Shown: positions 27,495 to 38,092, counted from the first letter of the stretch. The stretch is DNA of 64,000 bases from Bdellovibrionales bacterium (GCA_964230645.1 CAXRHT010000002.1:960001-1024000), one strand, 5' to 3'. Notes: generated by a model not told the origin, from the letters alone. Program-made: numbers and translations.

Positions 27495-28631
27495 TTAATT
27501 CTCAATATCGCGCACGAATTTATGCAGAAGCAGATTAAAAAGCAGAGGTCTCTCGTAATGCACAGCATGCCCGGTGCGAGGAAAGACAAAGATTTCATCC
27601 TTCCAAAGAGTGGGAATTCCTCCAGCACTTCTTAAGTCGCGTAAGTATTGTTCATTAATAAAAGCGTCTTCTTCCCCCATTGCGACCAGGATTGGAATAT
27701 CATCTGAGCTATTCTGTGGATCACCCTCTAAGGATTTTAAAACATCAAGCTCATCCGGTAGACCTCCCGGGGGTAGTAATCCTAAAGCCACCACTCCTAG
27801 TGATGCTCGGAAGCGATCATCCGAACGATTCAGGCCATCCTCCAAAAAGAGATTAGGAACCAATCCAAAACGACGCCTTGTTTTATTAAAAAAGGAATTA
27901 ATATAAGCTTTTCCCCTGGAGTCGTAATCCGACAAAGGCTCCGGAGCATAGGGCGGAACAGGAGAGGAAAACTGTCCTAAGAGATTAAAACCGAGCGGGT
28001 TATTTTGATCCAGCTCAAAAGAAAATCCAAGAGAGGCTAGGAGACCAAGACCGGGTACACCTGGCACATAAGGGGCATTAAAGGGACTCTCCAAAGTGGG
28101 AGGGTTGGCTCCTGATGGGGCGGTACCAAAAATTACGATCCCTTTTGTATTGGGAACTAATCCCGCACCCTGAGCTAGTAAAATAACGTCTCCTCCAAGA
28201 CTCCATCCTACCAACACTTCTGCTCGCACATCAGGATCATTGGCCACCAAGGAGACTGCTTCGACCAAACCGGTTTGATACTCCGAAAAGCCTAGTGGGA
28301 GACCATTAGGCTGCCGCGGAAACTCTTTGTCACTGTCTACTTTTGAAGCTAGCCCGTGCCCAGGCAAATCCAGTAAATACAACTGATAATATTTCCCTAG
28401 AGCTGAATAGACCTGACGTATATAGGAGCGGCTTGAGGAGGAGTTGCCGTGAACAAGAAGTATCCCTGGGCCCTTTTTCCCTTTGCTTTTGTAAATGGGA
28501 ATTTCAATCTCAGGTGCACTCTGTAGGGTAATGGTCTTAAATGGAACAAGTTCCGAATCAGAAAAAAAAGCCTGTGAATGTGTGGCCCATAAAACGATTG
28601 TTAAACAAGTCATCAGGTTAAGGACTCTCAT
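27495..28631 (-). CDS. Secreted alpha/beta hydrolase
   Basis: Signal peptide; VHGNSSS, DLPGHG, GWSLGG, GHAVH. Confidence 0.88.
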   Translation of the reverse strand: MRVLNLMTCLTIVLWATHSQAFFSDSELVPFKTITLQSAPEIEIPIYKSKGKKGPGILLVHGNSSSSRSYIRQVYSALGKYYQLYLLDLPGHGLASKVDSDKEFPRQPNGLPLGFSEYQTGLVEAVSLVANDPDVRAEVLVGWSLGGDVILLAQGAGLVPNTKGIVIFGTAPSGANPPTLESPFNAPYVPGVPGLGLLASLGFSFELDQNNPLGFNLLGQFSSPVPPYAPEPLSDYDSRGKAYINSFFNKTRRRFGLVPNLFLEDGLNRSDDRFRASLGVVALGLLPPGGLPDELDVLKSLEGDPQNSSDDIPILVAMGEEDAFINEQYLRDLRSAGGIPTLWKDEIFVFPRTGHAVHYERPLLFNLLLHKFVRDIEN

Positions 28632-28661
28632 GAAAACCTCCTTGAAAGTATCGAAGGTTTT

Positions 28662-28687
28662 CTATCGGTGAGCTTGAATAATTCTAA
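28662..28687 (-). promoter_or_regulatory. FliA-like promoter
   Basis: TTAG-N14-ACCGATAG upstream of the GGAGG RBS. Confidence 0.35.
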
Positions 28688-28842
28688 AGTTATTTTCTTT
28701 ATCTTGTTAAGATGTATTAAAATCAAACTGTTCTTTTTTTAAAAAAATTAATAATTCTGCGGCTTAAAAATTAAATCCTTTCATAATTTTTTTTAGAATT
28801 GACATGCTCGAATATGAGAAAGCGGTCATCGCCTTTCAAAGC

Positions 28843-28912
28843 AAAAAGAAAACCCGCTTTTAAAAGCGGGTCTTCCATTGAGACTAAAAAGGTCCCTACT
28901 CCTTTTAGTCTC
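28843..28912 (-). terminator. Hairpin plus terminator after hsp20
   Basis: GAGACTAAAAGG/CCTTTTTAGTCTC hairpin, then ACCCGCTTT/AAAGCGGGT with T-run. Confidence 0.7.
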
Positions 28913-28929
28913 GTCCATATCTATTATTT

Positions 28930-29403
28930 TTAGTGCTTCGACTTCTCCTCAACGTCGACGTTTTTTTCCTTTCGACTAGAAAAGAGATTCTCAAAAAATC
29001 CGTCTTTGTCTTCGTTAGAAAGGGAGATCTTTTTCGTTCCCTCTTTTTGAGACTTCGGAAGAGCAATTTTCAAGACACCATCTTCGTAGATCGCTTTGAT
29101 CTCGTCTGTGTCGGCGAGGTTTGAGGGAAGGATAAATGAAGTGGTGTACTCACGACGGCCATAATCGGAATCTCTTTGAGCAGAGATTGTCATCATATTG
29201 TCATCCACGTTAATTTCAATATCTTCATTCTTCACGCCTGGCATATCGATGGAGGTGAGGTAGTGCGAATCTTTTTCCACAAACTGTTGATCCATTCCTC
29301 TGGTCGGTCTTCTAAACACTCGGTCAAAGTCATCAAAAATTGTGGGACCAAAGGCAAAAAAATCAGAATTGTTGCGGTTTCTTCTTCTACTTAATTCGTT
29401 CAT
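28930..29403 (-). CDS. Small heat shock protein (Hsp20/alpha-crystallin)
   Basis: DMPGV..EDIEI, FILP, AIYEDGVLKIALPK. Confidence 0.93.
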   Translation of the reverse strand: MNELSRRRNRNNSDFFAFGPTIFDDFDRVFRRPTRGMDQQFVEKDSHYLTSIDMPGVKNEDIEINVDDNMMTISAQRDSDYGRREYTTSFILPSNLADTDEIKAIYEDGVLKIALPKSQKEGTKKISLSNEDKDGFFENLFSSRKEKNVDVEEKSKH

Positions 29404-29569
29404 AGTTCAAACTCCTTTTTCTTTTTAAAAGTAAACAGTTGTTCTCTCGAACCTGCTTTTTAATTTTCAATTCCGAACTTACATGGGATTTAAAAAGAAA
29501 AACTTATGGAATTTTTTAATGCTTTTTTAGATATTTAGAAACTTGCAGACAACAAGAATTATGTTTCAT

Positions 29570-30835
29570 TCAAAGGCGTTGGAACCGTCTCCATTGCTCA
29601 TCACTCATCAAGGGTATCTCTGAGTCTAAATCAGAAAGAGACTCCACTAAACTTTGCACGTGATGGATATGATTGCGATAGCGAAAACAAGGGGATCCGT
29701 GCTTTTCACCAAAGTCACCGAAAGGAGGCCAACCTCCACTCGCGGTCACCGCCAGGCAATTTTCTCGGTTAAGATCAAAGGGGTTGCGATTTTCATCGAG
29801 TATTAAACTTGTGTGACGGTTTGTTCCCTCTAAAAGGTCAGAGGGTTCAGCACCAAGGAGAAACATAAATAACACAGCCAACTCGTCGGCTTCGATCTCT
29901 TTGGTGTACCGGCTTAGACTCATTTCTGCGGCCTGCTCGACTAAAAGAATGGATTCTTGATTTCCCTCTAAAGCCTCTTCAAAAACTTGCGAGAGATGGT
30001 TGAAGCCAAAGTCTTCCTCATTATCCATAATTGAATGATGATCCTGTGAAAAGGCCTTACGTTCAGTGGCCTTGTACCATCCATAGCGCCTGGATGCATG
30101 AGCCGAAGGTCTCGAGTTGTGGGCCAGATAATAGTGGGCGGCTTCGTGAGCTAGAATATTCACAAAAGCTTTTTCTGTCGGTAAGAGTGGAATGGCTCCA
30201 GCGGTGATAAAAATCCCAGGGTAAGTTCTTTGAAAAAGAACCCCTTTACCAAGACCCACCTGAGTGTTTTCAGATAGCCACGGGCTTTTTTGACAGTGAG
30301 GACTTGTTTGATAGATGTAACTAGTCTCTTCAAGGTCAAATTCACAGAGACTTCTTGTTTCCAAAGCTCCTAAAACTTCCTCTTGAAACTCAAGGTTACC
30401 AACTTCTTCTTCCACCTGACAGCTCAAGCCATCAATAGCCGTTAAAAAGCCACCGTCATTAACTCCCCAGTGGTACTCGTACTTAGGCTCCCCCACTTCA
30501 GGGTCTAAGACAATATCGGAGTTAAAGACATAGCAGTATTTAACCGGCCTAACCTCTCCATTCACCCCAGGACGCCTGCGAAAAATAATACGAGGAGGAT
30601 TCTCTGGAAGGCTCTCAGGCAGCATATCTAGGGCTTTAAGCTTTTGATGCAGAAGATCCAACCAAAATTGACTCCTCTGCTCCCAGGGATGCCGCGGTTC
30701 ACGTGTATTTTCCTCAACCCAGGTGAAAGAATCACTTTCAAAGTCAAAATAGCCCTGCATGAGAGGTTTTATCTCGCTTTGAGCAAAACTAATGAGTGGG
30801 AAGATTAGAGTCAAAAGAGTGAGGGCTGTTTTCAT
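29570..30835 (-). CDS. Secreted M48-like zinc metallopeptidase
   Basis: Signal peptide; LAHEAAH, EIEAD, HGSPCFR. Confidence 0.75.
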   Translation of the reverse strand: MKTALTLLTLIFPLISFAQSEIKPLMQGYFDFESDSFTWVEENTREPRHPWEQRSQFWLDLLHQKLKALDMLPESLPENPPRIIFRRRPGVNGEVRPVKYCYVFNSDIVLDPEVGEPKYEYHWGVNDGGFLTAIDGLSCQVEEEVGNLEFQEEVLGALETRSLCEFDLEETSYIYQTSPHCQKSPWLSENTQVGLGKGVLFQRTYPGIFITAGAIPLLPTEKAFVNILAHEAAHYYLAHNSRPSAHASRRYGWYKATERKAFSQDHHSIMDNEEDFGFNHLSQVFEEALEGNQESILLVEQAAEMSLSRYTKEIEADELAVLFMFLLGAEPSDLLEGTNRHTSLILDENRNPFDLNRENCLAVTASGGWPPFGDFGEKHGSPCFRYRNHIHHVQSLVESLSDLDSEIPLMSDEQWRRFQRL

Positions 30836-30950
30836 ATTGATAAACCTAACATCTCCATTTCGATGAGGATTCCCTTAGTCTGGTTTTAGAAAAATTTCCA
30901 GATTCGGCGTAAAAACCTTAGACAGCCTCATTCGGAGTGGATTCAAAAAA

Positions 30951-31418
30951 TTAATGGCTACTAATGTGAATCAATGCCTCGGACTTTAAAATTCGTCCTG
31001 CGCCCTCTAATCGTCTGCAAAGTCGCCAATGGACTCTCTGCTCTCCGATAAAGAGTTGAGCCACCAATTCATTGTTATCAAGTAGTAAGAGATAACAATC
31101 CGATTCGACGTTACTGCTGCAGTTTGCTCCACCCTCTTCATACCCTTTGATCCCTAAATCGCAAATATTCCGGTAAGGACCCCAAACGATAAATTCATCC
31201 CAATCCACAGAATTTATTCTTCTTAAATCAAAGGAGTTTTCTTCAGAATCATTTAAAATTCTTTTGAACTCAGCATAGGTCTCCTTAGGAAAAGAAGAAC
31301 TCGGCAAGGTAGCTAAATAAACCAAGCCAAACGCGAGCAGGAGCAAAACACCACAGACTAAGAAGAACGTAAGTATAAGGCGTAAAATTCTCTCTGATAT
31401 TTTATTTAATAGGGCCAT
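30951..31418 (-). CDS. Hypothetical membrane-anchored protein
   Basis: N-terminal TM; WGPY motif; Cys residues. Confidence 0.55.
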   Translation of the reverse strand: MALLNKISERILRLILTFFLVCGVLLLLAFGLVYLATLPSSSFPKETYAEFKRILNDSEENSFDLRRINSVDWDEFIVWGPYRNICDLGIKGYEEGGANCSSNVESDCYLLLLDNNELVAQLFIGEQRVHWRLCRRLEGAGRILKSEALIHISSH

Positions 31419-31692
31419 TTAAAACCACTCAAATCAATAAAGTTACAAATTTTTAAGATAAGAACCTTAGGTTTAAAGAGCGTTGAATTGAAAAATTATT
31501 ATTACAGCATTCGAGCCTCCCCTCACTATATTTGATTCAACGCAACAACTGTTTTCTTGGCTTTTGAGGATATTTTTTTTGATTTTTTCTTTCAATTTCT
31601 CATTTTCGATGCAGTGACAAGATAACTTGTCTCCCAAACTTGCACTTTGAGTGAACTTGACTAATATGGGCCCAAGTTCAAGGGAGGCACAA

Positions 31693-32673
31693 ATGGATCC
31701 ACGTAAAGACACCTGGGGTGAACCAGAGAAATTAGATTGGTTATCAAAACAGACATTTCAAAGATCTTATAAAGATCAAGTTTTGGCTCGCATCGAAAAG
31801 CTCAAACAAGCCGGTGGTGAAATCAAGATTAAAACTTACGGAAACCTAAGCCTCCAAGAAAGAGAGGAACTTGCCATCAAAGGCGCCACTCTCAGCAGTG
31901 ATGAGTACAAAAGTCGCTACCCTCTATACTACGCCGAGGTCGGTGATATCACCGACGGCAAACCAAATATTATCGTCACCGGCGGAACTCACGGTTACGA
32001 GGAAAGTGGTGTTTATGGCGCTTTAGAGTTTCTTGAAAAAGACGTTACAAACTACACCGATAAATTTAATTTCCTAGTTTTCCCCTGCTTAAGTCCTTTT
32101 GCCTACGAGGTAAATCAACGCTGGACTCACAACGCTTGGGACGTTAACCGCAGCTTTGATCGCTCAAAGCCTTATGTGCCGGAAGCTCAACTGGTGATGG
32201 ACGTTTTAGATGAAGCCCGTAAGCGCGCCGGCAAAGATTTCGCCGCGGCAGTTGACCTTCATGAAACTCCGGACCGAGACAAAACCATGATGCCCCCTCA
32301 GTATGAACGCTACGGGATTAAGATGACCTCTGATGATATCCTAATTCCTAAGGGTTACTACCTTATTGCCAACGCTTCCAACAAAGCACCCGAGATGGCC
32401 AAACGAATTATCGAAAAAGTAAGCGAAGTGACCCCCATCGCTCCAGACCCAGAAATCCATGAAGAAAAAAACGACAATGGTGTGGTCTATTCACAAGGTA
32501 ATTCACCAACAAAACAAGGTCTTAACCAGGCCTACATGAGAACAATCGCTGAGAACTCCTTCACCACAGAGATCTACCCAGAAATCCACGAAGAACCCAG
32601 AGGTTCCACTGAGGCCATCGCCGCGCAAAGAGCCACTATTCATGGAGTTTTGGATTACTTGCTTAATCATTGA
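31693..32673 (+). CDS. M14 metallopeptidase / AstE-AspA-like deacylase
   Basis: GGTHGYE, DVNRSF, DLHE; GGAGG RBS before the ATG at 31693. Confidence 0.85.
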   Translation: MDPRKDTWGEPEKLDWLSKQTFQRSYKDQVLARIEKLKQAGGEIKIKTYGNLSLQEREELAIKGATLSSDEYKSRYPLYYAEVGDITDGKPNIIVTGGTHGYEESGVYGALEFLEKDVTNYTDKFNFLVFPCLSPFAYEVNQRWTHNAWDVNRSFDRSKPYVPEAQLVMDVLDEARKRAGKDFAAAVDLHETPDRDKTMMPPQYERYGIKMTSDDILIPKGYYLIANASNKAPEMAKRIIEKVSEVTPIAPDPEIHEEKNDNGVVYSQGNSPTKQGLNQAYMRTIAENSFTTEIYPEIHEEPRGSTEAIAAQRATIHGVLDYLLNH

Positions 32674-32733
32674 TGGTATCGCTAGTAGTGTCGTCGCAGA
32701 CTTACGGGAGAACGAAGCAGAATTAACGATCTT

Positions 32734-33882
32734 TTATCGATAAATAAAATCAGATTCGCGATCGATTTCAGCTTCGTTGAAGTTCTTTATATCTTCTATA
32801 AAATTAAAATGGCTTCGAAGATCGTCTCTGTCGAGATCTTCATAGACAGAAGATCCCTCTGAGGTAACGAGCCTATTGTAAATATAAAAATCTTCACCAA
32901 GGCATTTTGGAGGCCTTAATTTTAAAGCGCCCCTTATCATTGCCTCTAAACGACATTGGGCTGGGGGGTGAGTACCTAATCTTCGCCGAGTGGGAGGAGC
33001 TAGGGGCCCTTTCTCCAATTGAGGAAGTTCATTAAATCTCGCCTCAGATTGTTGCCGCCTTTTCCTTATTGCAATCCATTGATCGTAGATATCCAATTGA
33101 AGAGCAAACTCGTGTGACAGAGTGATCGAACGAATACAGATATTAATATCGTCCTCAGATAAATAGCGTCTATTGCAAATATCAACTGTGAATGGGTGGA
33201 TAAGTTCTGAGTGTTTCTGAACAAACTCTGCGTTCTCTGGGTCCTCCTTGAGGTAAAGGGGGAGGCAGGCCAAAGTCGCTTGCCAGTCACTGATCCCTTC
33301 GTCGTGAGTGTGATGATAAGATACATTGATCACACCCACGGTGTAGGACTCTTCTGAGAGTTTCCTAAACCCATACTCTTCTTTCTCTAAACCTATAGGG
33401 AACGAACAGAAGTTTGGAAAATAGATATCATGCGCGAGCTCGTGACACATGACTAAGGGTCTTATGTCCAAGAATTTTTCCCTATCCACTGATTCTAGGT
33501 ATTTCTTAGAAAGGGCAATCACTTCACGACGGGGAGGTTCAAGAATAATGCGCTTAAGTGTGCCCGAGGCATTTTCAGAAACTATTTTCCCAACGACATA
33601 GGCATTAATCGCACTATTATGCCGAACTCCTTCTAAAAAATAGGTTGTCGGCTTTGACTCACCTTTACCCATTCTAGGGTGCAGCTCCTTGGTATTTTTA
33701 TTTTCTGAGAAACGATTGGCAAACTCACTGAGCTCTAAAAACAGATCTTGGTTGCGGTCTCTTTCACTTTTTTCCGCAAAAGAAATACTTGGGAAAATGA
33801 AATAGGAAAGAAATAAAATAAAGGTCAATGATCTAAAAAGATCATTTTTGTTTCGCACATCTTCATTTTTAACAATTTTCAT
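32734..33882 (-). CDS. Exported HExxH metallopeptidase-like protein
   Basis: INAY, CHELAH, EGISDWQA, THPPAQCR. Confidence 0.7.
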   Translation of the reverse strand: MKIVKNEDVRNKNDLFRSLTFILFLSYFIFPSISFAEKSERDRNQDLFLELSEFANRFSENKNTKELHPRMGKGESKPTTYFLEGVRHNSAINAYVVGKIVSENASGTLKRIILEPPRREVIALSKKYLESVDREKFLDIRPLVMCHELAHDIYFPNFCSFPIGLEKEEYGFRKLSEESYTVGVINVSYHHTHDEGISDWQATLACLPLYLKEDPENAEFVQKHSELIHPFTVDICNRRYLSEDDINICIRSITLSHEFALQLDIYDQWIAIRKRRQQSEARFNELPQLEKGPLAPPTRRRLGTHPPAQCRLEAMIRGALKLRPPKCLGEDFYIYNRLVTSEGSSVYEDLDRDDLRSHFNFIEDIKNFNEAEIDRESDFIYR

Positions 33883-34222
33883 TTAAAGAGCCTTGTTACA
33901 AATTAACTTAACTTGCCGAACAGAGACACTTTTACCTTAATTTTGAGTGAATGGCTCAGCGAAACCCTAAACATGTAGAAAAGAAAGAATACCAAACCTT
34001 TAGTGTAGACTTTACTATTTACCCCCTATCCAACGTCCGCTGGCTAGAGCTTTGAAGCAAGACCTCAAAATCAGCCCTCCCCCTTAAGTGCTTGAAATGG
34101 CTCAAATACACCGCACGCACTCCCCAGAGAGAGCGCGGCCGTAAGCTTTTGAATCCTTTTGAGACCAGCTCCTATAACTCTTTAGTTGCCTGACAATACA
34201 GATATTCAATATAATAAGAGCA

Positions 34223-35167
34223 ATGATAGACTCCTCCCATCTCCCTGCCCACAGGGAACTTATTTTCGATAAAATCTACTTAGAGATCAGTAACCTCTGC
34301 AACTTAAAGTGCAGCTTCTGTCCACCCATTAAAAGAGAGAGTGCTGTACTACCGGCGGATCGCTTTCGCTCCTATTTAGAATCGATAAATGGCTATAGCC
34401 GTAGAGTTTGCCTTCACGTGATGGGTGAGCCTCTAGGACATAAAGAGTTTCCTCTTTTTGTAGCTGTCGCCTCAGAGCTAGGAGTGTCCCTTGAAATCAC
34501 TAGCAACGGAACACTTCTTAACAAAGCAAACCAGGAGGCGCTTTTGAGTCAAAATGTGGTTCAGGTTAATTTTTCAGTGCAAAGTTTTTTTGATAACTTC
34601 CCGAACACAAACCCCACACGCTACATCCATACTCTTTTTGGTTTTTGCCAACAAGCTTTAGTTCAAAGACCCGATCTTTATATTAACTTTCGCCTCTGGA
34701 ACCTTGAGGTCGGTGGAAAAGATGAAGAGGCCAACCAGCAATTTCTCAAAGCTCTGAGAGAAGAGTTTAATGTAACTATCAATCCTAAGGTTGACCCCGC
34801 TTTTAGAAAATCAAAGAAAGTGACCGGGAGAATTTACCTACATTTTGACTCCCGCTTTGAGTGGCCAGAGGAGAGTCAATTAACTCCTCGCACACAAGGA
34901 ACTTGCTACGGCAGCCGTACTCACCTAGCCGTCCACGCCAATGGTGATGTGGTCCCCTGTTGTTTGGATAAAGAAGCCACCATCCTTCTTGGTAATTTAT
35001 CCAAAGAACCTTTAAGCAAAATTCTCACCTCACAAAGATATCTTGATATTAAACAGGCTTTTGAACGAGGCCAACTGATCGAGCCTCTTTGTCAGACCTG
35101 CCAGTATTCTACCCGCTTTGAGAAAAAGGCAAAAAAAGCATTACCAACTTTGCCTCCAGTGGCATAG
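34223..35167 (+). CDS. Radical SAM protein with SPASM/twitch domain
   Basis: CNLKCSFC, MGEP, TCYG...VPCC...CQTC. Confidence 0.92.
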   Translation: MIDSSHLPAHRELIFDKIYLEISNLCNLKCSFCPPIKRESAVLPADRFRSYLESINGYSRRVCLHVMGEPLGHKEFPLFVAVASELGVSLEITSNGTLLNKANQEALLSQNVVQVNFSVQSFFDNFPNTNPTRYIHTLFGFCQQALVQRPDLYINFRLWNLEVGGKDEEANQQFLKALREEFNVTINPKVDPAFRKSKKVTGRIYLHFDSRFEWPEESQLTPRTQGTCYGSRTHLAVHANGDVVPCCLDKEATILLGNLSKEPLSKILTSQRYLDIKQAFERGQLIEPLCQTCQYSTRFEKKAKKALPTLPPVA

Positions 35168-35298
35168 TCGCCACCTTTTCGAATATTCGACTCATGGCGT
35201 ATCGAATAGAACCAATCTCCCAAATTGAGAATCTGATTGATTTGACAGTGGAAACTCGTCAGGCTCATGTTAAAATTGAAGCTTTGGGGGGCTTGTCT

Positions 35299-35904
35299 AT
35301 GAGTAGAACTTCAATAGTTATTTTTATTTTACTGACGAGTACTTTTATTGCCTTTCAAAACTGTGGTCCAATGGCGCAAGATCAGCAGATGCAACCCCCT
35401 AGCACAACCAATTTGCCAGACGATTCTCAGGACGAGGAAGTGGCTTGTACTGAAAGGCAGACGAAAAATGTTCTAACTACCCGTCTACCAGGTGCTTTCG
35501 GACAAGGCGATCGCATTCGAGAAATCGTCATTGATAATTTAAACTTTAATCCCGACGTCGAGGTCCGCCTTAGCGAATGCGACTATTCCTTTGATGACCC
35601 GAATCTGATCTCTTGGACCCAAGAGAGTGATGAGGCTCTTATTGAAATCGTTTTTAATGATGAACTCAATGAGCTCTTTTTTAACGAAGACGGAAGCCCT
35701 AAAAAAGGCGCCACCTATCACTACTCCTATAGTGTGAAGGTCAACTGGTATGAAAGCTGTGACACCACCGAAACTACACTAAAAACCCAGTCGGCTTCCC
35801 AGCAACTCGCTTGGGAAGTTGACGAAACCTATATTGATGAGAATGGGTGTGAGGTTGATCTACGCGAAGAGTTTGTCGACTACTTTCAACAACGAAATCT
35901 CTAA
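35299..35904 (+). CDS. Acidic lipoprotein with FQNC lipobox variant (start MSRTS)
   Basis: IAFQNCG after a hydrophobic stretch. Confidence 0.7.
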   Translation: MSRTSIVIFILLTSTFIAFQNCGPMAQDQQMQPPSTTNLPDDSQDEEVACTERQTKNVLTTRLPGAFGQGDRIREIVIDNLNFNPDVEVRLSECDYSFDDPNLISWTQESDEALIEIVFNDELNELFFNEDGSPKKGATYHYSYSVKVNWYESCDTTETTLKTQSASQQLAWEVDETYIDENGCEVDLREEFVDYFQQRNL

Positions 35905-36050
35905 GATACCGCATTGGCAGCTACCTTTAGATATCAGGCTTTTTCCGATTACCAAATTCGGATTAATGAAACCTTACTGTCTTATTGGATTTTAATCATT
36001 TTTGTTCCGGTCTCTAGGTTGCACTCTTGATTTTTCAAAAAGAGGTGTGA

Positions 36051-36368
36051 ATGGGAAATTTCAGGACGCTTGATTTGGCAGTTGAGTTTCATAAGTTGGT
36101 AGTAGAACTAAATTTAAAGGGACACTTAAGAGATCAGCTCTTTAGGGCCTGCACTTCAATTCCTTTGAACTTATCTGAAGGAAATGCTCGCCCAACTTCT
36201 AAAGACAAGAAAAGGTTTTATCAAACAGCTTACGCGTCTCTAAAGGAATGCCAGACTATATTTAAACTTGTGCCTGTAGAAGATGAAAAGGTTCTAAATA
36301 AAGCGGATCACTTGGGAGCTTGTCTTTTTAAATTGATCAAGGCTGAAAATCCGGTAATTCAACGTTGA
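36051..36368 (+). CDS. Four-helix-bundle protein (23S rRNA IVP / Avd-related family)
   Basis: LRDQLFRACTSIPLNLSEG...FYQTAYASLKEC. Confidence 0.9.
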   Translation: MGNFRTLDLAVEFHKLVVELNLKGHLRDQLFRACTSIPLNLSEGNARPTSKDKKRFYQTAYASLKECQTIFKLVPVEDEKVLNKADHLGACLFKLIKAENPVIQR

Positions 36369-36372
36369 TTTA

Positions 36373-36414
36373 TCCTGGATCCAGGATTCAGGGCCCGGTA
36401 TCCGGGATCCTGTA
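36373..36414. repeat. Six degenerate 7-bp tandem repeats (consensus TCCNGGA)
   Basis: TCCTGGA TCCAGGA TTCAGGG CCCGGTA TCCGGGA TCCTGTA. Confidence 0.75.
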
Positions 36415-36421
36415 TTTTTAA

Positions 36422-36497
36422 TGGCGTCCCCAACGGGAGTCGAACCCGTGTCTCGTCCGTGAAAGGGACGTGTCCTAGGCCTCTAGACGATAGGGAC
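36422..36497 (-). tRNA. tRNA-Glu(TTC)
   Basis: GTCCCTATCGTCTAGAGGCCTAGGAC...CTTTCAC...GTTCGACTCCC...CCA; 76 nt. Confidence 0.97.
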
Positions 36498-36511
36498 AGC
36501 TAGAGAAAAAA

Positions 36512-36587
36512 TGGTGATCCGTCTTGGGCTCGAACCAAGGACCCTCTCCTTAAAAGGGAGATGCTCTACCGACTGAGCTAACGGATC
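36512..36587 (-). tRNA. tRNA-Lys(TTT)
   Basis: GATCCGTTAGCTCAGTCGGTAGAGCA...CTTTTAA...GGTTCGAGCCC...CCA; 76 nt. Confidence 0.97.
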
Positions 36588-36653
36588 ATCAAAACAGATG
36601 GACTTTTTCTAATTTAAGGGCTGGAAAGTCAACCCTTTTTGGCGAATTTTCTT

Positions 36654-37994
36654 TTAACTGAGAACGGATTGCACAGCCATCTCTTGGGCTTTGCTTACAT
36701 TTTCATCAAAGATTTCACTTTGATAGATGGTTTGCTTGCGATCCGGTCCCACAGAAACCACGGTGATAGGCACTTCTGCCTGTTCTTCAATAAATTGAAT
36801 GTACTCTTTGGCTTCCTCAGGAAGTGAGGAAAAAGTTTGGCAGCCGCTGATGTCCTGCTTCCAACCTTTGAGCTCTTTGTAAACGGGCTTCACATTGTGA
36901 ATGTCGTTACTCATAAAAGAAAAGTTTTCAAGCTTCTTACCATTCACTTCGTAGTGAGTGCAGACTTTGATTTTCTCCATCCCACTTAACACATCAAGCT
37001 TTGTAAGGATCAATTGATCCATTCCACCCACGTGGACCGAGTATCTAAGGGCTACTAAATCAAGCCAACCACAGCGTCTTTTTCTGCCGGTTGTGGCTCC
37101 GAACTCGTGGCCTTCTTTTTGTAGATACTCACCCACCTCGTTTTCTTGCTCAGTTGGGAAAGGACCTGTTCCCACACGAGTGCAATAAGCTTTGGTGATT
37201 CCAAAAACTTTTCTGATGGATTGCGGACTCACACCCACGCCGAGGCAAGCCGCTGCAGCGCCTGTGGAAGAGCTTGTGACATAAGGGAAGGTTCCATGGA
37301 GGTTATCAAGGAGAACCCCTTGAGCGCCTTCAAAAAGGATTTTCTTTCCTTCTTTGATCATTTGGTTTACTTGGAAGCTCACGTCCTCACAGCGATAAGG
37401 CTCAAGGATTTTTGCGACCTCTTTGAGTTCTTTATAACTTTTCTCAAGGTCGATGGGCTCTTCGCCATAAAGCTTTTCAAGAAGAACGTTTTTTTCTTCG
37501 ATACAGTTTTTTAATTTTTCTTTTAAATCAGGGCAGAAAAGATCTCTAAATAGAAGGGCTCTTCTTGAAGCGCGGTCTTCGTAAGACGGCCCAATACCTC
37601 TTCCGGTGGTACCGATCTTTGTGCCTGTTTTCCAGTTCTCACGCGCTTTATCTAAAACCTTGTGAAAGGGAAGCACCATAAGTGCACCCTCTGAAATTGA
37701 GAGCTGCGAAGTGTTCTTTAAATAGCCGTTTGATTTTAGGCCCTCGATCTCTTGGACCATTTCGAAGGGATCGAGGGTGACACCACTTCCGATCATACAA
37801 CGAACATGAGGATGAAGAACTCCAGAAGGGATTAAGTGAAGCACTGTTTTCTGACCATCTACGATCAAGGTGTGACCTGCGTTGGCTCCGCCTTGAAACC
37901 TTACGACCGCGTCACTCTCTGATGCCATAGCATCAACAAGTTTACCTTTCCCCTCATCTCCCCACTGGGAGCCCACAACTATAAGTGCCGACAT
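36654..37994 (-). CDS. purA: Adenylosuccinate synthetase
   Basis: QWGDEGKG, GGANAGHT, FEGAQG, GATTGRKRRCGW. Confidence 0.98.
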   Translation of the reverse strand: MSALIVVGSQWGDEGKGKLVDAMASESDAVVRFQGGANAGHTLIVDGQKTVLHLIPSGVLHPHVRCMIGSGVTLDPFEMVQEIEGLKSNGYLKNTSQLSISEGALMVLPFHKVLDKARENWKTGTKIGTTGRGIGPSYEDRASRRALLFRDLFCPDLKEKLKNCIEEKNVLLEKLYGEEPIDLEKSYKELKEVAKILEPYRCEDVSFQVNQMIKEGKKILFEGAQGVLLDNLHGTFPYVTSSSTGAAAACLGVGVSPQSIRKVFGITKAYCTRVGTGPFPTEQENEVGEYLQKEGHEFGATTGRKRRCGWLDLVALRYSVHVGGMDQLILTKLDVLSGMEKIKVCTHYEVNGKKLENFSFMSNDIHNVKPVYKELKGWKQDISGCQTFSSLPEEAKEYIQFIEEQAEVPITVVSVGPDRKQTIYQSEIFDENVSKAQEMAVQSVLS

Positions 37995-38092
37995 ACCTAT
38001 CCATTTCTTTAAAGGTTACTGATTGCTAACACTTAACTGGTTCTAGCAACGAAGCCCCAGCTTGGACATAGAAAAAACCATAGCACATGCCG

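Noticed and set aside
29420..29510. sigma32, CIRCE or ROSE element upstream of hsp20
   Set aside because: Only a CCCAT half-site; no convincing -35 box or CIRCE inverted repeat
33890..34030. Small ORF on the minus strand after a GGGGG run
   Set aside because: No proper start codon at RBS distance and no recognisable product
34223..35904. RiPP cluster around the radical SAM/SPASM gene
   Set aside because: No credible precursor peptide, RRE domain, transporter or coupled protease adjacent
36051..36414. Diversity-generating retroelement (Avd-like gene)
   Set aside because: No reverse transcriptase or TR/VR repeat pair in the window
36373..36414. CRISPR array
   Set aside because: 7-bp tandem units with no spacers; no cas genes seen
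28900..36497. Integrative element at the tRNA-Glu 3' end
   Set aside because: No integrase, and no duplicated tRNA 3' end was spotted by eye
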